A stretch of DNA of 64,000 bases from a bacterium (GCA_963593015.1 CAVAYV010000077.1:4351-68350), one strand, 5' to 3'; shown: positions 15,180 through 25,853, counted from the stretch's first letter. Notes: generated from the sequence alone by a model not told the origin. A program made the numbers and translations.

Positions 15180-17900
15180 ATGTCTTACAAGGATAGCTTA
15201 TTGATGCCGAAGACGACTTTTGAGATGAGAGGGAATCTCACAAGCAAAGAGCCGATCTTGGTCGAAAAATGGAAATCGATGCATCTTTATGAGAAGATGA
15301 ATCAAAACCGTGAGGGGTGCGAAGAGTTTTTATTGCACGATGGCCCTCCATACGCCAATGGGGATATCCATTGCGGGCATATGCTCAATCGCTTGCTTAA
15401 GGATTTCATTGTCCGTTACAAAAACATGGCCGGATACAAGACTCCTTTCGTTTTTGGCTGGGACACCCATGGCCTCCCAATCGAAGTCAAAGTCACCAAA
15501 AGCGGGGTTAATCGCAAAGCCATGAGCGTGGCCGCTTTTCGCGACCTTTGCAAAGACTATGCCTATAAGCAAGTCGCTCATCAAAAAGAGCAGATCCGCC
15601 GCTTAGGGTGCCTAGGGGATTATGATGCCCCATACCTTACTTTGCTACCGGAATTCGAGGCAAGGGAAATCGACGTTTTTGCCGAGATGGCTTTAAAAGG
15701 AATCATCTATAAAGGCTTAAAGCCGGTCTATTGGTCTCCCTCTAGCGAATCAGCTTTAGCCGAAGCCGAAGTGGAATATGCCGATATCAAAGCCAAGACC
15801 TTATATATCGCTTTCGATGTGATCGATGGAAAAGGGGTCATTCCTTCCGATGCCAGAATAATCATTTGGACGACCACGCCTTGGACCATCCCCTCTAACC
15901 GTGGCATCACTTTGAACCCTCGCTTCGAATATGGCGTTTACGAGACCGAAAAAGGGAAATTCGTCTTCTTGGCTTCCTTAAAAGAGAAACTTCAAGCCGA
16001 ACTAGGGTTTGAAAAATGCGATCTTATCAAAACCTTTAAGGGGCAAGAAGTGGAAAATGGGAAAGCGAAGCATCCTCTTTACGATCGCGAATCTTTGCTG
16101 ATGGTTGCCTCTTTTGTCGATGATAGCGCAGGAACGGGCTTAGTCCACACCGATCCTGACCATGGCTTGGATGACTTCAATACCTGCTATAAATACGGCA
16201 TCAAGCCTTTTGGAACAGTCGATGACAAAGGCGTCATGCACATCGAAGAAGACAAGGATTTGGATAACAGATTCTATGATGACTGCAATGATATCGTTAT
16301 CGCTAAGCTTGCTAAGAAAGGGGCTTTGCTAAAAGAAGTCGATATCACTCATAGCTATCCTCATGACTGGAGGACGCATAAACCGGTTATTTATCGGGCA
16401 ACCCCTCAATGGTTCTGCTCGATCACCCCAATCAAAGAAGCGCTTCTCAAAGAAGTCCATGAAATAAAATGGGAACCTTCTTGGGGCGAGACTAAAATGG
16501 TGAATATGATCGTTGACCGCACCGACTGGTGCATCTCCCGCCAACGCACCTGGGGCGTTCCTTTGCCAATCATCTATAACGAAGATGGCTCCCCGATTAT
16601 CGAAAGAGAGGTTTTCGACCACATCCGTGGCATCATCGCCAAAGAAGGGTCCAACGCTTGGTTCTCCAAAGAGGCGAAAGAACTCTTGCCAGAAGGATAC
16701 ACTAACGAGAAATCCCCAAATGGCCTCTTCACGAAAGAAACCGACATCATGGACGTCTGGTTTGATTCGGGGTCAAGCTGGAATGGCGTTTTAAGAGAAA
16801 GGGGACTCAAATACCCTGCTGATTTATATTTAGAAGGGAATGACCAATACAGAGGCTGGTTCAACAGCTCTTTGATCCTTTCTACCGCCTATTTAGGAAA
16901 GGCCCCTTTCAAAAGCTGCCTAACCCATGGTTGGGTCATGGATGAGAATTGGAACAAGATGAGCAAATCCGCGGGGAATGGCATCGATCCAAGCAAAGTC
17001 GCCAATCAATTCGGCGCCGATATCTTGCGTTTGTGGGCATCATCGGTCAATTATGAATCCGATGTCCGCATCAGCGAATCAATCATTTCGACGATTTCCG
17101 ATCAATACCGCAAAATCCGCAACACCTTCAAATTCATGCTCGGCAATCTCCAAGATGGGGATTCTCCTTATATTTTCCCTCCTATCGCCCCAAAGCTTTA
17201 TCCTGTTGATTGTTGGATGCTTGCGCGATTAGAAAAAGTCACCAATGATTGCTTAAAGGCCTACGAATCCTATTCTTTCCCATCTTTAAGCGGGATTTTA
17301 GGAAATTTCATGGTGGAACTATCCAATTTCTATTTGGATTTTGCCAAAGACATTTTGTATTGTGAGGACAAAAATAGCGATCGTCGCAAAGCCATTCAAT
17401 ATGTTCTTTATAAACTCACTTTGAATCTGTGCCTTCTTTATAACCCAATCCTTTGCTTCACGATGGATGAGGTCTATAAAGCGATCCCAGGGGTCAAAAA
17501 AGAATCTCCGCAGTTTGAGGATATGCCTAAGATCTCTCACGAATACGAGAAATATTTAGCGATGTATGACAAATTCATCAAAGCGAGAGACATTGCCTTG
17601 AAAGCCTTGGAAGAAGCAAGGAATTCTTCTTTGATCTCCTCCAATATGGATGCCAGATTAGAAGTGACTTTAGGCGATAAAGAACTATATGACGTCTTAT
17701 CTCCTTTATCGAGCCAAGAGCTAAGCGAGCTTTATGGCGTTAGCCAATTCAGCTTAAAGAAAGGCGAAAAAGACGAAGTCAAAGTCTACAAAGCGGAAGG
17801 CGAAAAATGCGATCGCTGCCGCCGCATTGAACTCGATAACAAAGAATACGAAGATGGGCATCTTTGTAAACGTTGCGCGAAAGTCTTAAGGAGAGAATGA
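15180..17900 (+). CDS. ileS: isoleucine--tRNA ligase
   Basis: HCGHMLN (HIGH) and KMSKS motifs, editing domain, and C-terminal CDRC...CKRC zinc finger. Confidence 0.96.
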   Translation: MSYKDSLLMPKTTFEMRGNLTSKEPILVEKWKSMHLYEKMNQNREGCEEFLLHDGPPYANGDIHCGHMLNRLLKDFIVRYKNMAGYKTPFVFGWDTHGLPIEVKVTKSGVNRKAMSVAAFRDLCKDYAYKQVAHQKEQIRRLGCLGDYDAPYLTLLPEFEAREIDVFAEMALKGIIYKGLKPVYWSPSSESALAEAEVEYADIKAKTLYIAFDVIDGKGVIPSDARIIIWTTTPWTIPSNRGITLNPRFEYGVYETEKGKFVFLASLKEKLQAELGFEKCDLIKTFKGQEVENGKAKHPLYDRESLLMVASFVDDSAGTGLVHTDPDHGLDDFNTCYKYGIKPFGTVDDKGVMHIEEDKDLDNRFYDDCNDIVIAKLAKKGALLKEVDITHSYPHDWRTHKPVIYRATPQWFCSITPIKEALLKEVHEIKWEPSWGETKMVNMIVDRTDWCISRQRTWGVPLPIIYNEDGSPIIEREVFDHIRGIIAKEGSNAWFSKEAKELLPEGYTNEKSPNGLFTKETDIMDVWFDSGSSWNGVLRERGLKYPADLYLEGNDQYRGWFNSSLILSTAYLGKAPFKSCLTHGWVMDENWNKMSKSAGNGIDPSKVANQFGADILRLWASSVNYESDVRISESIISTISDQYRKIRNTFKFMLGNLQDGDSPYIFPPIAPKLYPVDCWMLARLEKVTNDCLKAYESYSFPSLSGILGNFMVELSNFYLDFAKDILYCEDKNSDRRKAIQYVLYKLTLNLCLLYNPILCFTMDEVYKAIPGVKKESPQFEDMPKISHEYEKYLAMYDKFIKARDIALKALEEARNSSLISSNMDARLEVTLGDKELYDVLSPLSSQELSELYGVSQFSLKKGEKDEVKVYKAEGEKCDRCRRIELDNKEYEDGHLCKRCAKVLRRE

Positions 17901-18565
17901 TGAAAAGAGGCAGCGGTTTTTTCAAAGGGTATCAATGGAGCAAAAGAAGTTTCTTTGATACTTACCTTTGGCTTTGCCTTCTTTTCCTTACCATTGATTT
18001 TGTTTCCAAATGGCTCGTTTTCTCTTTCGTCCCTTATCGGAGCCTTGTCGAAGTAATTCCTAATTTCCTTTATATCACTCATGTCTATAACACCGGTGTC
18101 ATGTTTGGCTTAGGGGATGGGATGAGCTGGTCGAGACCTTTGAATATCGCGATTTCCTGGATTATGAGCTTTGGGATCTTCAATTTCTGGAGAAAAGGCC
18201 TTCATAAAGAAGACCATATGATGAACGCAATCTTGATGACGCTAGAAGCGGGGGCGATTGGCAATCTCATCGACCGCACATTCTATTGGGGACAAAATGG
18301 CGGCCCTTATGGCGTTGTTGATTTTGTCTGCCTCTATTTTGGCGGAGGTGTTAATGAGAAATATAATTTCGCCAACCCCTTTGCCAGCTTCAATATCGCT
18401 GACGCTTGTATCACTTTCGGGATCATCTGGTATTTGGTTTATAACTTTGTGCTTACTTCCAAAATGACTGATGAGGAAGCGGATGAATACATGGATGAGA
18501 ATGCCTTCTGGAGAAAGAAAAAAGAGAATAAGGAGAGCGAAATAAGTGGAAAAGATAGTAACTAG
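17897..18565 (+). CDS. lspA: lipoprotein signal peptidase II
   Basis: Multi-TM protein with NTGVMFG and GNLIDR..VVDF motifs. ATG 17897 overlaps the ileS TGA (ATGA) behind AAGGAGAG. Confidence 0.85.
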   Translation: MMKRGSGFFKGYQWSKRSFFDTYLWLCLLFLTIDFVSKWLVFSFVPYRSLVEVIPNFLYITHVYNTGVMFGLGDGMSWSRPLNIAISWIMSFGIFNFWRKGLHKEDHMMNAILMTLEAGAIGNLIDRTFYWGQNGGPYGVVDFVCLYFGGGVNEKYNFANPFASFNIADACITFGIIWYLVYNFVLTSKMTDEEADEYMDENAFWRKKKENKESEISGKDSN

Positions 18566-19451
18566 CCTTGAAGAAAATAGACGGTTGGATGAAGTGCTTC
18601 TAATGTGGGGGATCGCTCCTTCAAGAAGTAAAATCCAAACGTTAATCAAAGAAGGGAAAGTAATGGTTAACAATAAGGCTAAAAATGCCCATGCCATGCT
18701 AAGAAAAGGCGATATTGTAAACTACCAAGAATATACTGAAAAACCACTAGATGTTTTACCGGAAAATATTCCATTGGACATCGTTTACGAAGATGATGAT
18801 CTCCTTGTCATCAATAAGCCTGCCGGCTTAGTTGTTCATCCAGGCAATGGGCACTCAAGCGGAACTTTGGTAAACGCTCTTTTGTATCACGAAAAGAAGC
18901 TTGCTTCCAAATCCGGGAGCGAGCGTCCTGGCTTAGTGCACCGTATCGACAAAGACACGTCTGGGCTTTTGGTGGTTGCAAAAAACGATTTCGCTTATGA
19001 AGGGTTAGCCTCGCAGTTAGTCGGGCATTCCATGCACCGAGAATATTATGCTTTGGTGAAAGGGATAATCGAAGAAGACGATGCGAAAATCGATGCGCCT
19101 ATTGGGAGAGACCTGACTCATCCAACGAAATTCTCTGTGAATGGGCGTGACAAAAAAGAGGCGATAACTTTCTTCCATGTTCTTAAAAGATTCAATGTTT
19201 CCTCTGCCACATTGATCAGTTGTCGTTTATTCACTGGCCGCACTCATCAAATCAGAGTTCATCTCGATTACATTAAGCACCCTGTCATCGGCGATCCCTT
19301 ATATGGCGAAGGGAATCGGCTAATCTATAAAGATGGGCAGCTTTTGCATGCCTACAAACTGACTTTCGTCCATCCTCGAAGTCAAAAAGAGATGACCTTT
19401 GAAGCTCCCTTACCGTCCTATTTTGCGAAAATTCTCGAAGAATTAAATTAG
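18546..19451 (+). CDS. rluD: RluD-type 23S rRNA pseudouridine synthase
   Basis: N-terminal S4 domain (RLDEVL...LIKEGKVMVNNK), catalytic HRIDKDTSGLLVVAK, and GRTHQIRVH. Confidence 0.9.
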   Translation: MEKIVTSLEENRRLDEVLLMWGIAPSRSKIQTLIKEGKVMVNNKAKNAHAMLRKGDIVNYQEYTEKPLDVLPENIPLDIVYEDDDLLVINKPAGLVVHPGNGHSSGTLVNALLYHEKKLASKSGSERPGLVHRIDKDTSGLLVVAKNDFAYEGLASQLVGHSMHREYYALVKGIIEEDDAKIDAPIGRDLTHPTKFSVNGRDKKEAITFFHVLKRFNVSSATLISCRLFTGRTHQIRVHLDYIKHPVIGDPLYGEGNRLIYKDGQLLHAYKLTFVHPRSQKEMTFEAPLPSYFAKILEELN

Positions 19452-20363
19452 CTTCTTATAGTTTTGGAAATTGAGCTTAGCGATTTCGTTAAGCTCTTTT
19501 TTATCATGGTTTTCTAGGAATTTCAAAACGAAATCATCGACTTTTTTGCCCGCGCCTAAAGGGAATACGAGGTCATATTTCTCGTTCATTTTCTGTATTT
19601 TTCTTAAAAAAGCGTAACGGGCGATGACCGAAGACAAAGCCACGGAGATATAACGTGACTCGCCTTTGACGCTGAAATTGATGCCTCTTAGAACGCTTTT
19701 TTCATTTTTTAGATAAGAATAATACAAATCCGGCTCAGCGAACTGATCTTGATAGATAATGGCATCAGGGAAGCGTCTTTTGAGATTCAATAAGGCTTGA
19801 TTGTGCATTTTGGCTTTGATGGCGTTCATATTGAAATCATTATGGACTTCGTTGTATTTATGATTATCGAGAGAAAGCTCACTATAGGCATAAGAATGGA
19901 TCAATTTTGGCCCGATTTCCAAAATATAGCCATCATCCATCTTTTTGCTATCGGCTATTCTAAGCGCAAGCAAAGAAGGGACATCGCTTTCTTTGACGTA
20001 GCTTGCCACGACGATGATAGGCCCGAAAAAATCCCCTGTCCCGACCTCATCGCTCCCAATCTGCGGATATTCGTTGATCACTAAAGGATCTTCGATTATT
20101 TTATTTTTTTCTGGCTTTGGATCTTCAATGGTTAAGGAATTATCGAATCTTCTTGCTTCATTGAACGCGTCTATTCCTTGGAAAAGAACGGAATATCGGC
20201 CTTTTTTGTTCTTCTTATAAAAAGTAATTGTAAGATTGTCCAGCCTTTTGATCGCCTCAATACATGAATCGTTTTTTGTGACCAATGTGACATCATAAAA
20301 AGAAGCGATCTCATTTCGCTTTTCTAAATCGATAGACAAACTGACCGCGGATTTGTTTTCCAT
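19443..20363 (-). CDS. rnhC: ribonuclease HIII
   Basis: 306 aa with GSDEVGTGDFFGPIIV and a C-terminal RNase HII/HIII fold pattern. Confidence 0.85.
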   Translation of the reverse strand: MENKSAVSLSIDLEKRNEIASFYDVTLVTKNDSCIEAIKRLDNLTITFYKKNKKGRYSVLFQGIDAFNEARRFDNSLTIEDPKPEKNKIIEDPLVINEYPQIGSDEVGTGDFFGPIIVVASYVKESDVPSLLALRIADSKKMDDGYILEIGPKLIHSYAYSELSLDNHKYNEVHNDFNMNAIKAKMHNQALLNLKRRFPDAIIYQDQFAEPDLYYSYLKNEKSVLRGINFSVKGESRYISVALSSVIARYAFLRKIQKMNEKYDLVFPLGAGKKVDDFVLKFLENHDKKELNEIAKLNFQNYKKLI

Positions 20364-20413
20364 ATATGCATTCTAGCACGAAAAAGCATTTCATTTGCTA
20401 TATAATCTTGCCT

Positions 20414-22729
20414 ATGCAAGATATTTACGAGAAATTTGAATTCCAAAAAATACGCGACAAAGTCCAGAATTACACTCGGACTGAAGTTGGCAAAGAAATG
20501 GCTTTGTCTTTAAAAATGTTCGATGACCCTAACGATATGATAGAAGAGCTTTCTAGACTCGACGAGATGATTTCTCTTCTTGATCGATTCGGAAGAATCC
20601 CAATGGATGTCTCTAGCAATCTTTCTAGCTATGTCGCTTTGGCCAAAAAAGGCGGCACACTGAATATCGAAGAGCTTGAAAGAGTGGCTCACGATTGCTC
20701 TCAAGGCAAAAGCATCCGCCAATACTTCAAAAGCGTCACGGGAAGCATTTTGCTAACGGAATATGTCTCTTCGCTCCCGAATTTGGATTTCTTAGACGAA
20801 GATATCCATAGAATCATCGCGCCAGATATGTCGATATTCGATAATGCCTCACCGAAACTAAAAGGCATCAGGTTGGCGATGAAGCGTCTCGAGAACGAGA
20901 TGAAAAAGAAACTTGGCTTCATCGTGAGCCAAAACAAGGATTTTTTAAGCGACACGACTTTGACTTTGAAAAACGGGCACTATGTCTTGCCTGTCGCCAA
21001 TGCCTATAAAAACAAGGTCAAAGGCATCGTCCAAGATATCTCCAAATCAGGCGGAACGACTTTCATCGAGCCGGAGATTTTGGTTTCTTTGAACAATAAG
21101 ATGCTTGAGCTAAAAAATGATGAGCACGAAGAGATCCACCGTTTGCTCACTGAGCTTTCTAAGGAAGTGGCGGGATCAGGCGAGGCGATTTTGCAAGCGA
21201 ATCGGATGATTGGCTATTTGGATTTTTTGCAAGCGAAGAGCTTATATGCAAAGGAGATAGACGGGCATATCGCGCATTTCTCCAAAGAACCTCTTATCGA
21301 TTTGCATAATGCGAGGCATCCTCTTATCGACAAAGCGAAAGTGGTCGCGAATGATTTTTCTTTGAATGAAAATAACCACCTTATCATAATTTCTGGCCCT
21401 AATGCCGGTGGCAAGACCGTAGCCTTGAAGACTCTTGGATTGCTATTGACGATGTCTCAAAGCGGACTCGCTATCCCTGCGGCTGAAGGGCCAAGCCTAT
21501 CTTATTTCAAGCATATCTATGTCGATATCGGCGATTCGCAGTCTTTGTCCGACAATCTTTCGACCTTCTCTGGACATATGCGTAACCTTTCTAGCGTCTT
21601 ATTAAGCGTCGGAGGCAAAGATCTCGTGCTTTTAGACGAAGTCGGGACTGGCACTTCGCCTAAAGAAGGGGAAGCGATTGCCTACGCCGTGACGGAATTC
21701 TTGCTAAAAAAGCATGCTTTCACGATGATATCTAGCCATTTTGAGGGTTTGAAAGCCTATGCTTTGAGCACAAAAGGCATCATGAATGCCTCAATGCTCT
21801 TCGATGAGGAGAATTTGCTTCCGACATATAAGCTTAGAATGGGATTACCTGGCGAAAGCTATGGCTTAGTCGTGGCGAAACGTTTTGGGATCCCAAGCGA
21901 GATATTAAAAGACGCCGATGCCTATATAAACGGGCATGAGAACCTTTCTGTTTCCGAAGCCATCAAAAAGCTTGCGGAAGTGACGCGTAAAAGCGAAGAA
22001 GAAAAAGAAAAGGCCCTTTTACAAGAGAAGGAACTTTCCAAAAAGCTTCTAGAAGTGGAAAAACGCGAAGCGGTCTTAGCCAAGCGCGAAAAGAATTATC
22101 TTTCCGATATAGAAGAGAAGAAAAACAAAATGCTTCAAGAATATAGCGAGCAGATGGCACAAATTTTAAAAAGCGTCCAAAGAGAGGATGTCAAATTGCA
22201 TGAGGTCATTTCCGCGCGTCATAAGCTTGATAGCTTGATCGAAGTGGCGGAAGACGAGCATTATTCTAGCGATGTTAAAGTCGGGGATTATGTGAATATC
22301 CCTAGCGTTTATTCCTCAGGGAGAGTCAGCGAAGTGTCCGGGAATAAAATTACTGTCATCACCAAAGAAGGGCTATCCTTCCATACCAAAAAAGACAAGG
22401 TCGTAATCGTTAGCGCCCCTAAGGAAGAGAAGATTCAGGAGACTTCCGCGTTGAAATTGGATTCCCTCGGCTTAGCGAAAAGCACGCCTTTGGAGCTTAA
22501 TTTGATCGGGCAGCATGTCGATGAGGCAAGGCTCAATCTCGACAAATACCTTGATGATTGCCGCATCAAAGGCTTAAAAAGAGTCAGGATCATCCATGGC
22601 TGGGGAAGTGGGGCTTTAAGAAGACTAGTCCAAGAATACGCTTCTTCCCATAAAAGTTTCATCTCTTCTTATGAAGGGGCTGACGGCGCTGAAGGAGGCG
22701 GAGGAGCCACGATCCTCCATCTGAAATGA
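20414..22729 (+). CDS. mutS2: endonuclease MutS2 (MutS domain plus Smr)
   Basis: ISGPNAGGKTV Walker A, DEVGTGTSPKEG, and C-terminal Smr (LIGQHVDEA...RIIHGWGSGALR). I moved the start to ATG 20414 (MQDIYEKFEF). Confidence 0.92.
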   Translation: MQDIYEKFEFQKIRDKVQNYTRTEVGKEMALSLKMFDDPNDMIEELSRLDEMISLLDRFGRIPMDVSSNLSSYVALAKKGGTLNIEELERVAHDCSQGKSIRQYFKSVTGSILLTEYVSSLPNLDFLDEDIHRIIAPDMSIFDNASPKLKGIRLAMKRLENEMKKKLGFIVSQNKDFLSDTTLTLKNGHYVLPVANAYKNKVKGIVQDISKSGGTTFIEPEILVSLNNKMLELKNDEHEEIHRLLTELSKEVAGSGEAILQANRMIGYLDFLQAKSLYAKEIDGHIAHFSKEPLIDLHNARHPLIDKAKVVANDFSLNENNHLIIISGPNAGGKTVALKTLGLLLTMSQSGLAIPAAEGPSLSYFKHIYVDIGDSQSLSDNLSTFSGHMRNLSSVLLSVGGKDLVLLDEVGTGTSPKEGEAIAYAVTEFLLKKHAFTMISSHFEGLKAYALSTKGIMNASMLFDEENLLPTYKLRMGLPGESYGLVVAKRFGIPSEILKDADAYINGHENLSVSEAIKKLAEVTRKSEEEKEKALLQEKELSKKLLEVEKREAVLAKREKNYLSDIEEKKNKMLQEYSEQMAQILKSVQREDVKLHEVISARHKLDSLIEVAEDEHYSSDVKVGDYVNIPSVYSSGRVSEVSGNKITVITKEGLSFHTKKDKVVIVSAPKEEKIQETSALKLDSLGLAKSTPLELNLIGQHVDEARLNLDKYLDDCRIKGLKRVRIIHGWGSGALRRLVQEYASSHKSFISSYEGADGAEGGGGATILHLK

Positions 22730-24498
22730 AGGAACTTAGCGAAAAACTCCAAAATCAGATTGCCTTGCTCCCCTCTCTTCCTGGCGTTTACCAAATGAAG
22801 GATGAAAATGACAAAATCATCTATATCGGGAAAGCCAAGAACCTTCAAAAACGGGTAAGCCAGTATTTCTTGCGTCCCCAGGTTGGCAAAGTCGCGGCAA
22901 TGGTGTCGCACATCGACCATTTCGATTATATTATCGTGCATACGGACAAAGAGGCTTTCATTTTGGAGATGAATCTCATTCAGACTTATTACCCTCGCTA
23001 TAACATAATGCTGATGGATGATAGCCACTATCCTTATATCGCCGTCAAAAAGAACGATGGATTTTTGAAGATTGCGCGAAACACCAAAGACAAGAACTAT
23101 TTTTATTATGGTCCTTTCCCCAATAGCAAAGATGCCTATAAAACCATCGATTTGCTGAACTCTTTATACCCTACTAGGAAATGCAAAACGTTAGGGAAAA
23201 AGGCTTGCCTTTATTACCATATGGGACAATGCTACGCCCCCTGCGAGAAGAAAATAGACCCTAAAGTCACTGAATCTTTGTATACCGATATCCGCGCTTT
23301 TTTGGATGGCGATATCTCTAAAACCAAAAGCGTTTTGAAAGAGAAAATCGAAAAAGCCTCAAAAGAGGAACGCTACGAGGATGCCTCCTTTTATTACGAG
23401 ACCTTGAAGTCTTTGGAAGAAACCGTTGCTAAGCAAAACGTCGAGATATCGTCGGATAAAACCAATCGCGATATCATCGGATTCGCCTATCGGGATTCCT
23501 ATCTTTGCTTAACGATATTAACTTATCGGCGGGGGATTTTGTTAGGGAAGAAAAGCTTTGTCATTCCAACTTTCTCCTCGGATGCTACAGAAATCGCCGA
23601 ATTGGCGGAAGAATATTACCAAGAGAAGGAACTCCCGAATGAAATCGCCTGCAATATCCCTTCTTTCGATGAGGAATTCGGAAGCGTTTATCCTGAAGTG
23701 AGGATCGTCCATCCGAAAGAAGGGAGGCTTCTTTCCCAAATCGATTTGGCCACTTTGAACGCCAGAGAATCCTTAGATGCCCATTTTGGGAGCGCTAGGC
23801 TTGAGGATGACAAACTAGCTTTGCTTGAAGAACTTGGGAAATTGCTAAATATCGCCACCCCTTACCGGATTGAGCTTTTTGATAATTCCCATCTTGAAGG
23901 ATCTAATGCGGTTGGGGCAATGGTTTGCTTCATCAATGGCGAAAGAGCGAAGAAAATGTATCGCAAATTCCGCCTTTCTAGCGAAGTGGCAGGCGATGAT
24001 TACCATTCTCTGAAAGAAGTCGTCTATCGCCGCTACAAAAGACTCAAAGAGGAAAAATCGGAATTCCCTTCTTTGATCCTTGCCGATGGAGGCATTAACC
24101 AAGTGCATGCGACTTATGAGGCTTTGGAGGAACTTGGTATCTCCATTCCGGTTTTCGGTCTTTATAAAAATGAGCGTCATGAGACAGAAGGCATCATTGA
24201 TAGAGATGAAAACATCTATCCTTTGGGAAGCAAAACCCCGTTATTTTTCTTGCTAATGAGAATGCAGGATGAGGTCCATCGTTTCGCGATAAGCTATCAT
24301 AAATCGCTTCGAGGCAAAAACATGGGCAAATCGATTTTCGACAACGTTAGAGGAATAGGGGAAAAAAGAAAAGAGACCCTTAGGAAACATTATCCGACAT
24401 TGGAGTCCTTGCAAAAGACTTCATTAAGCGAACTTGAGCAATTGCTTCCGAAAGAAGCGGCAATGGCCTTATTATCCAAGGTTAAGGAATTATCATGA
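22726..24498 (+). CDS. uvrC: excinuclease ABC subunit C
   Basis: GIY-YIG N-terminus (GVYQMKDENDKIIYIGKAKNL), UVR domain, and C-terminal RNase H-like/HhH region. Confidence 0.94.
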   Translation: MKELSEKLQNQIALLPSLPGVYQMKDENDKIIYIGKAKNLQKRVSQYFLRPQVGKVAAMVSHIDHFDYIIVHTDKEAFILEMNLIQTYYPRYNIMLMDDSHYPYIAVKKNDGFLKIARNTKDKNYFYYGPFPNSKDAYKTIDLLNSLYPTRKCKTLGKKACLYYHMGQCYAPCEKKIDPKVTESLYTDIRAFLDGDISKTKSVLKEKIEKASKEERYEDASFYYETLKSLEETVAKQNVEISSDKTNRDIIGFAYRDSYLCLTILTYRRGILLGKKSFVIPTFSSDATEIAELAEEYYQEKELPNEIACNIPSFDEEFGSVYPEVRIVHPKEGRLLSQIDLATLNARESLDAHFGSARLEDDKLALLEELGKLLNIATPYRIELFDNSHLEGSNAVGAMVCFINGERAKKMYRKFRLSSEVAGDDYHSLKEVVYRRYKRLKEEKSEFPSLILADGGINQVHATYEALEELGISIPVFGLYKNERHETEGIIDRDENIYPLGSKTPLFFLLMRMQDEVHRFAISYHKSLRGKNMGKSIFDNVRGIGEKRKETLRKHYPTLESLQKTSLSELEQLLPKEAAMALLSKVKELS

Positions 24499-24962
24499 TG
24501 GAAGAAGTCGATGCATATTTTCAGAAAATAAGCCAAGAAATCCTCGATAACGAGATTTTTCAAAGCGAGAAAAAATACCTCGCCCATTCTAGCATCAGCG
24601 TTTATGAGCATTCCTATAATGTCGCTAAGCGCGCTTATTGCCTTGCCAAAAAGAAAAATCTTGATATTGATTATAAAAGCCTGATCCGCGGAGCCTTGCT
24701 CCATGATTTCTATCTCTATGACTGGCATAAGAAAGGGGAGGGTCACCGCTTGCATGGCTTTCGGCATCCTTTCACCGCTTATAAAAACGCCACTAAATAT
24801 TTTAAGATCAACAAATTGGAGGGAAATATCATCAAGTCGCATATGTTCCCTTTGCTGTTTTGGGTTATGCCCTTATCGAAAGAGGCGCGCTTAGTGATCA
24901 AAAGCGATAGGCACGAGGCTATCAAAGAAACATTCGGCAAAAAGAAGAAGGAGCATTTATGA
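24495..24962 (+). CDS. HD-domain phosphohydrolase
   Basis: H...HD pattern (VYEHSYNV ... GALLHDFYLYDWH). Confidence 0.65.
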   Translation: MMEEVDAYFQKISQEILDNEIFQSEKKYLAHSSISVYEHSYNVAKRAYCLAKKKNLDIDYKSLIRGALLHDFYLYDWHKKGEGHRLHGFRHPFTAYKNATKYFKINKLEGNIIKSHMFPLLFWVMPLSKEARLVIKSDRHEAIKETFGKKKKEHL

Positions 24963-25594
24963 AAAAAATAGGATTGATATTCGATGTCGATGGCACCTTA
25001 TGGGATGCTCGAAAAGAAGTGGCGGATTCCTGGAGCGAAGTGACGACTTCCAAAGGATACAAAGCCATAACCATTGATGATTTATCGAAGACGATGGGCC
25101 TTCCGATGACTTCAATCGCCGATACTCTCTTCCCTGAATTAAAAGAGGATGAGCGGTACGCCTTACTTAATGAGTGCACGGAAAATGAGCTAGCGTATTT
25201 GAAAAAACATTGCCCAAAGCTTTATGATCAAGAGATTGAAACCCTTAAAGGTTTAAAAGAGGCCGGTTTTAATTTAGCCATTCTCTCCAATGCCCAAGTA
25301 GGCTATATCGAAACTTTTTTTGACGCCACAAACACTTCCTTTCTCTTCATCGATCACGCTTGCTGGGGCGATAATGAAAAAAGCAAAAGCGAGAATATGC
25401 TGATTTTGAAAGAAAGGAATCATCTAGATGAGATTTATTATATCGGCGATACCTTAATGGACGAGGAAGAATCCGCTAAAGCAAACGCAAAATTCATCCA
25501 TGCCTCCTATGGTTTTGGGAAAGCGAAGCACCCATTTTTCGTCCTTAAGCAATTCGTAGATCTTTTAGAGGCGATTAAGTTGATAAATAGATGA
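24959..25594 (+). CDS. HAD-superfamily hydrolase (phosphatase)
   Basis: Motif I FDVDGTLWD, motif II ILSNA, motif IV GDTLMDEE. Confidence 0.8.
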   Translation: MKKIGLIFDVDGTLWDARKEVADSWSEVTTSKGYKAITIDDLSKTMGLPMTSIADTLFPELKEDERYALLNECTENELAYLKKHCPKLYDQEIETLKGLKEAGFNLAILSNAQVGYIETFFDATNTSFLFIDHACWGDNEKSKSENMLILKERNHLDEIYYIGDTLMDEEESAKANAKFIHASYGFGKAKHPFFVLKQFVDLLEAIKLINR

Positions 25595-25641
25595 AAAATA
25601 TTTTTAACTTTGGTCAAAAGAGAGTATAGTATCGTTTGCGT

Positions 25642-25718
25642 GCGCCCGTAGCTCAGCCGGATAGAGCAACAGCCTTCTAAGCTGTGGGTCAGCCGTTCGA
25701 GTCGGCTCGGGCGCGCCA
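25642..25718 (+). tRNA. tRNA-Arg (anticodon UCU), CCA encoded
   Basis: Manually folded cloverleaf. Acceptor GCGCCCG/CGGGCGC, D arm GCTC/GAGC, anticodon stem ACAGC/GCTGT with loop CT-TCT-AA, T arm AGCCG-TTCGAGT-CGGCT, discriminator G plus CCA. Confidence 0.93.
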
Positions 25719-25732
25719 TTAAGAAACAATAG

Positions 25733-25762
25733 GATTGATACCAAAAGTATCGGTCTTTTTTT
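25733..25762 (+). terminator. rho-independent terminator after tRNA-Arg
   Basis: GATTGATAC / GTATCGGTC 9-bp stem (two G-U pairs), CAAAA loop, then TTTTTTT. Confidence 0.75.
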
Positions 25763-25853
25763 CATTTTTTAAGGGCTATTTTACTGATTTTAGGCCTATT
25801 TTGCTTAATTTTCGGTGAAGTAGTCTTTTTCCTTTGCTGCTTTTGAATGAGGC

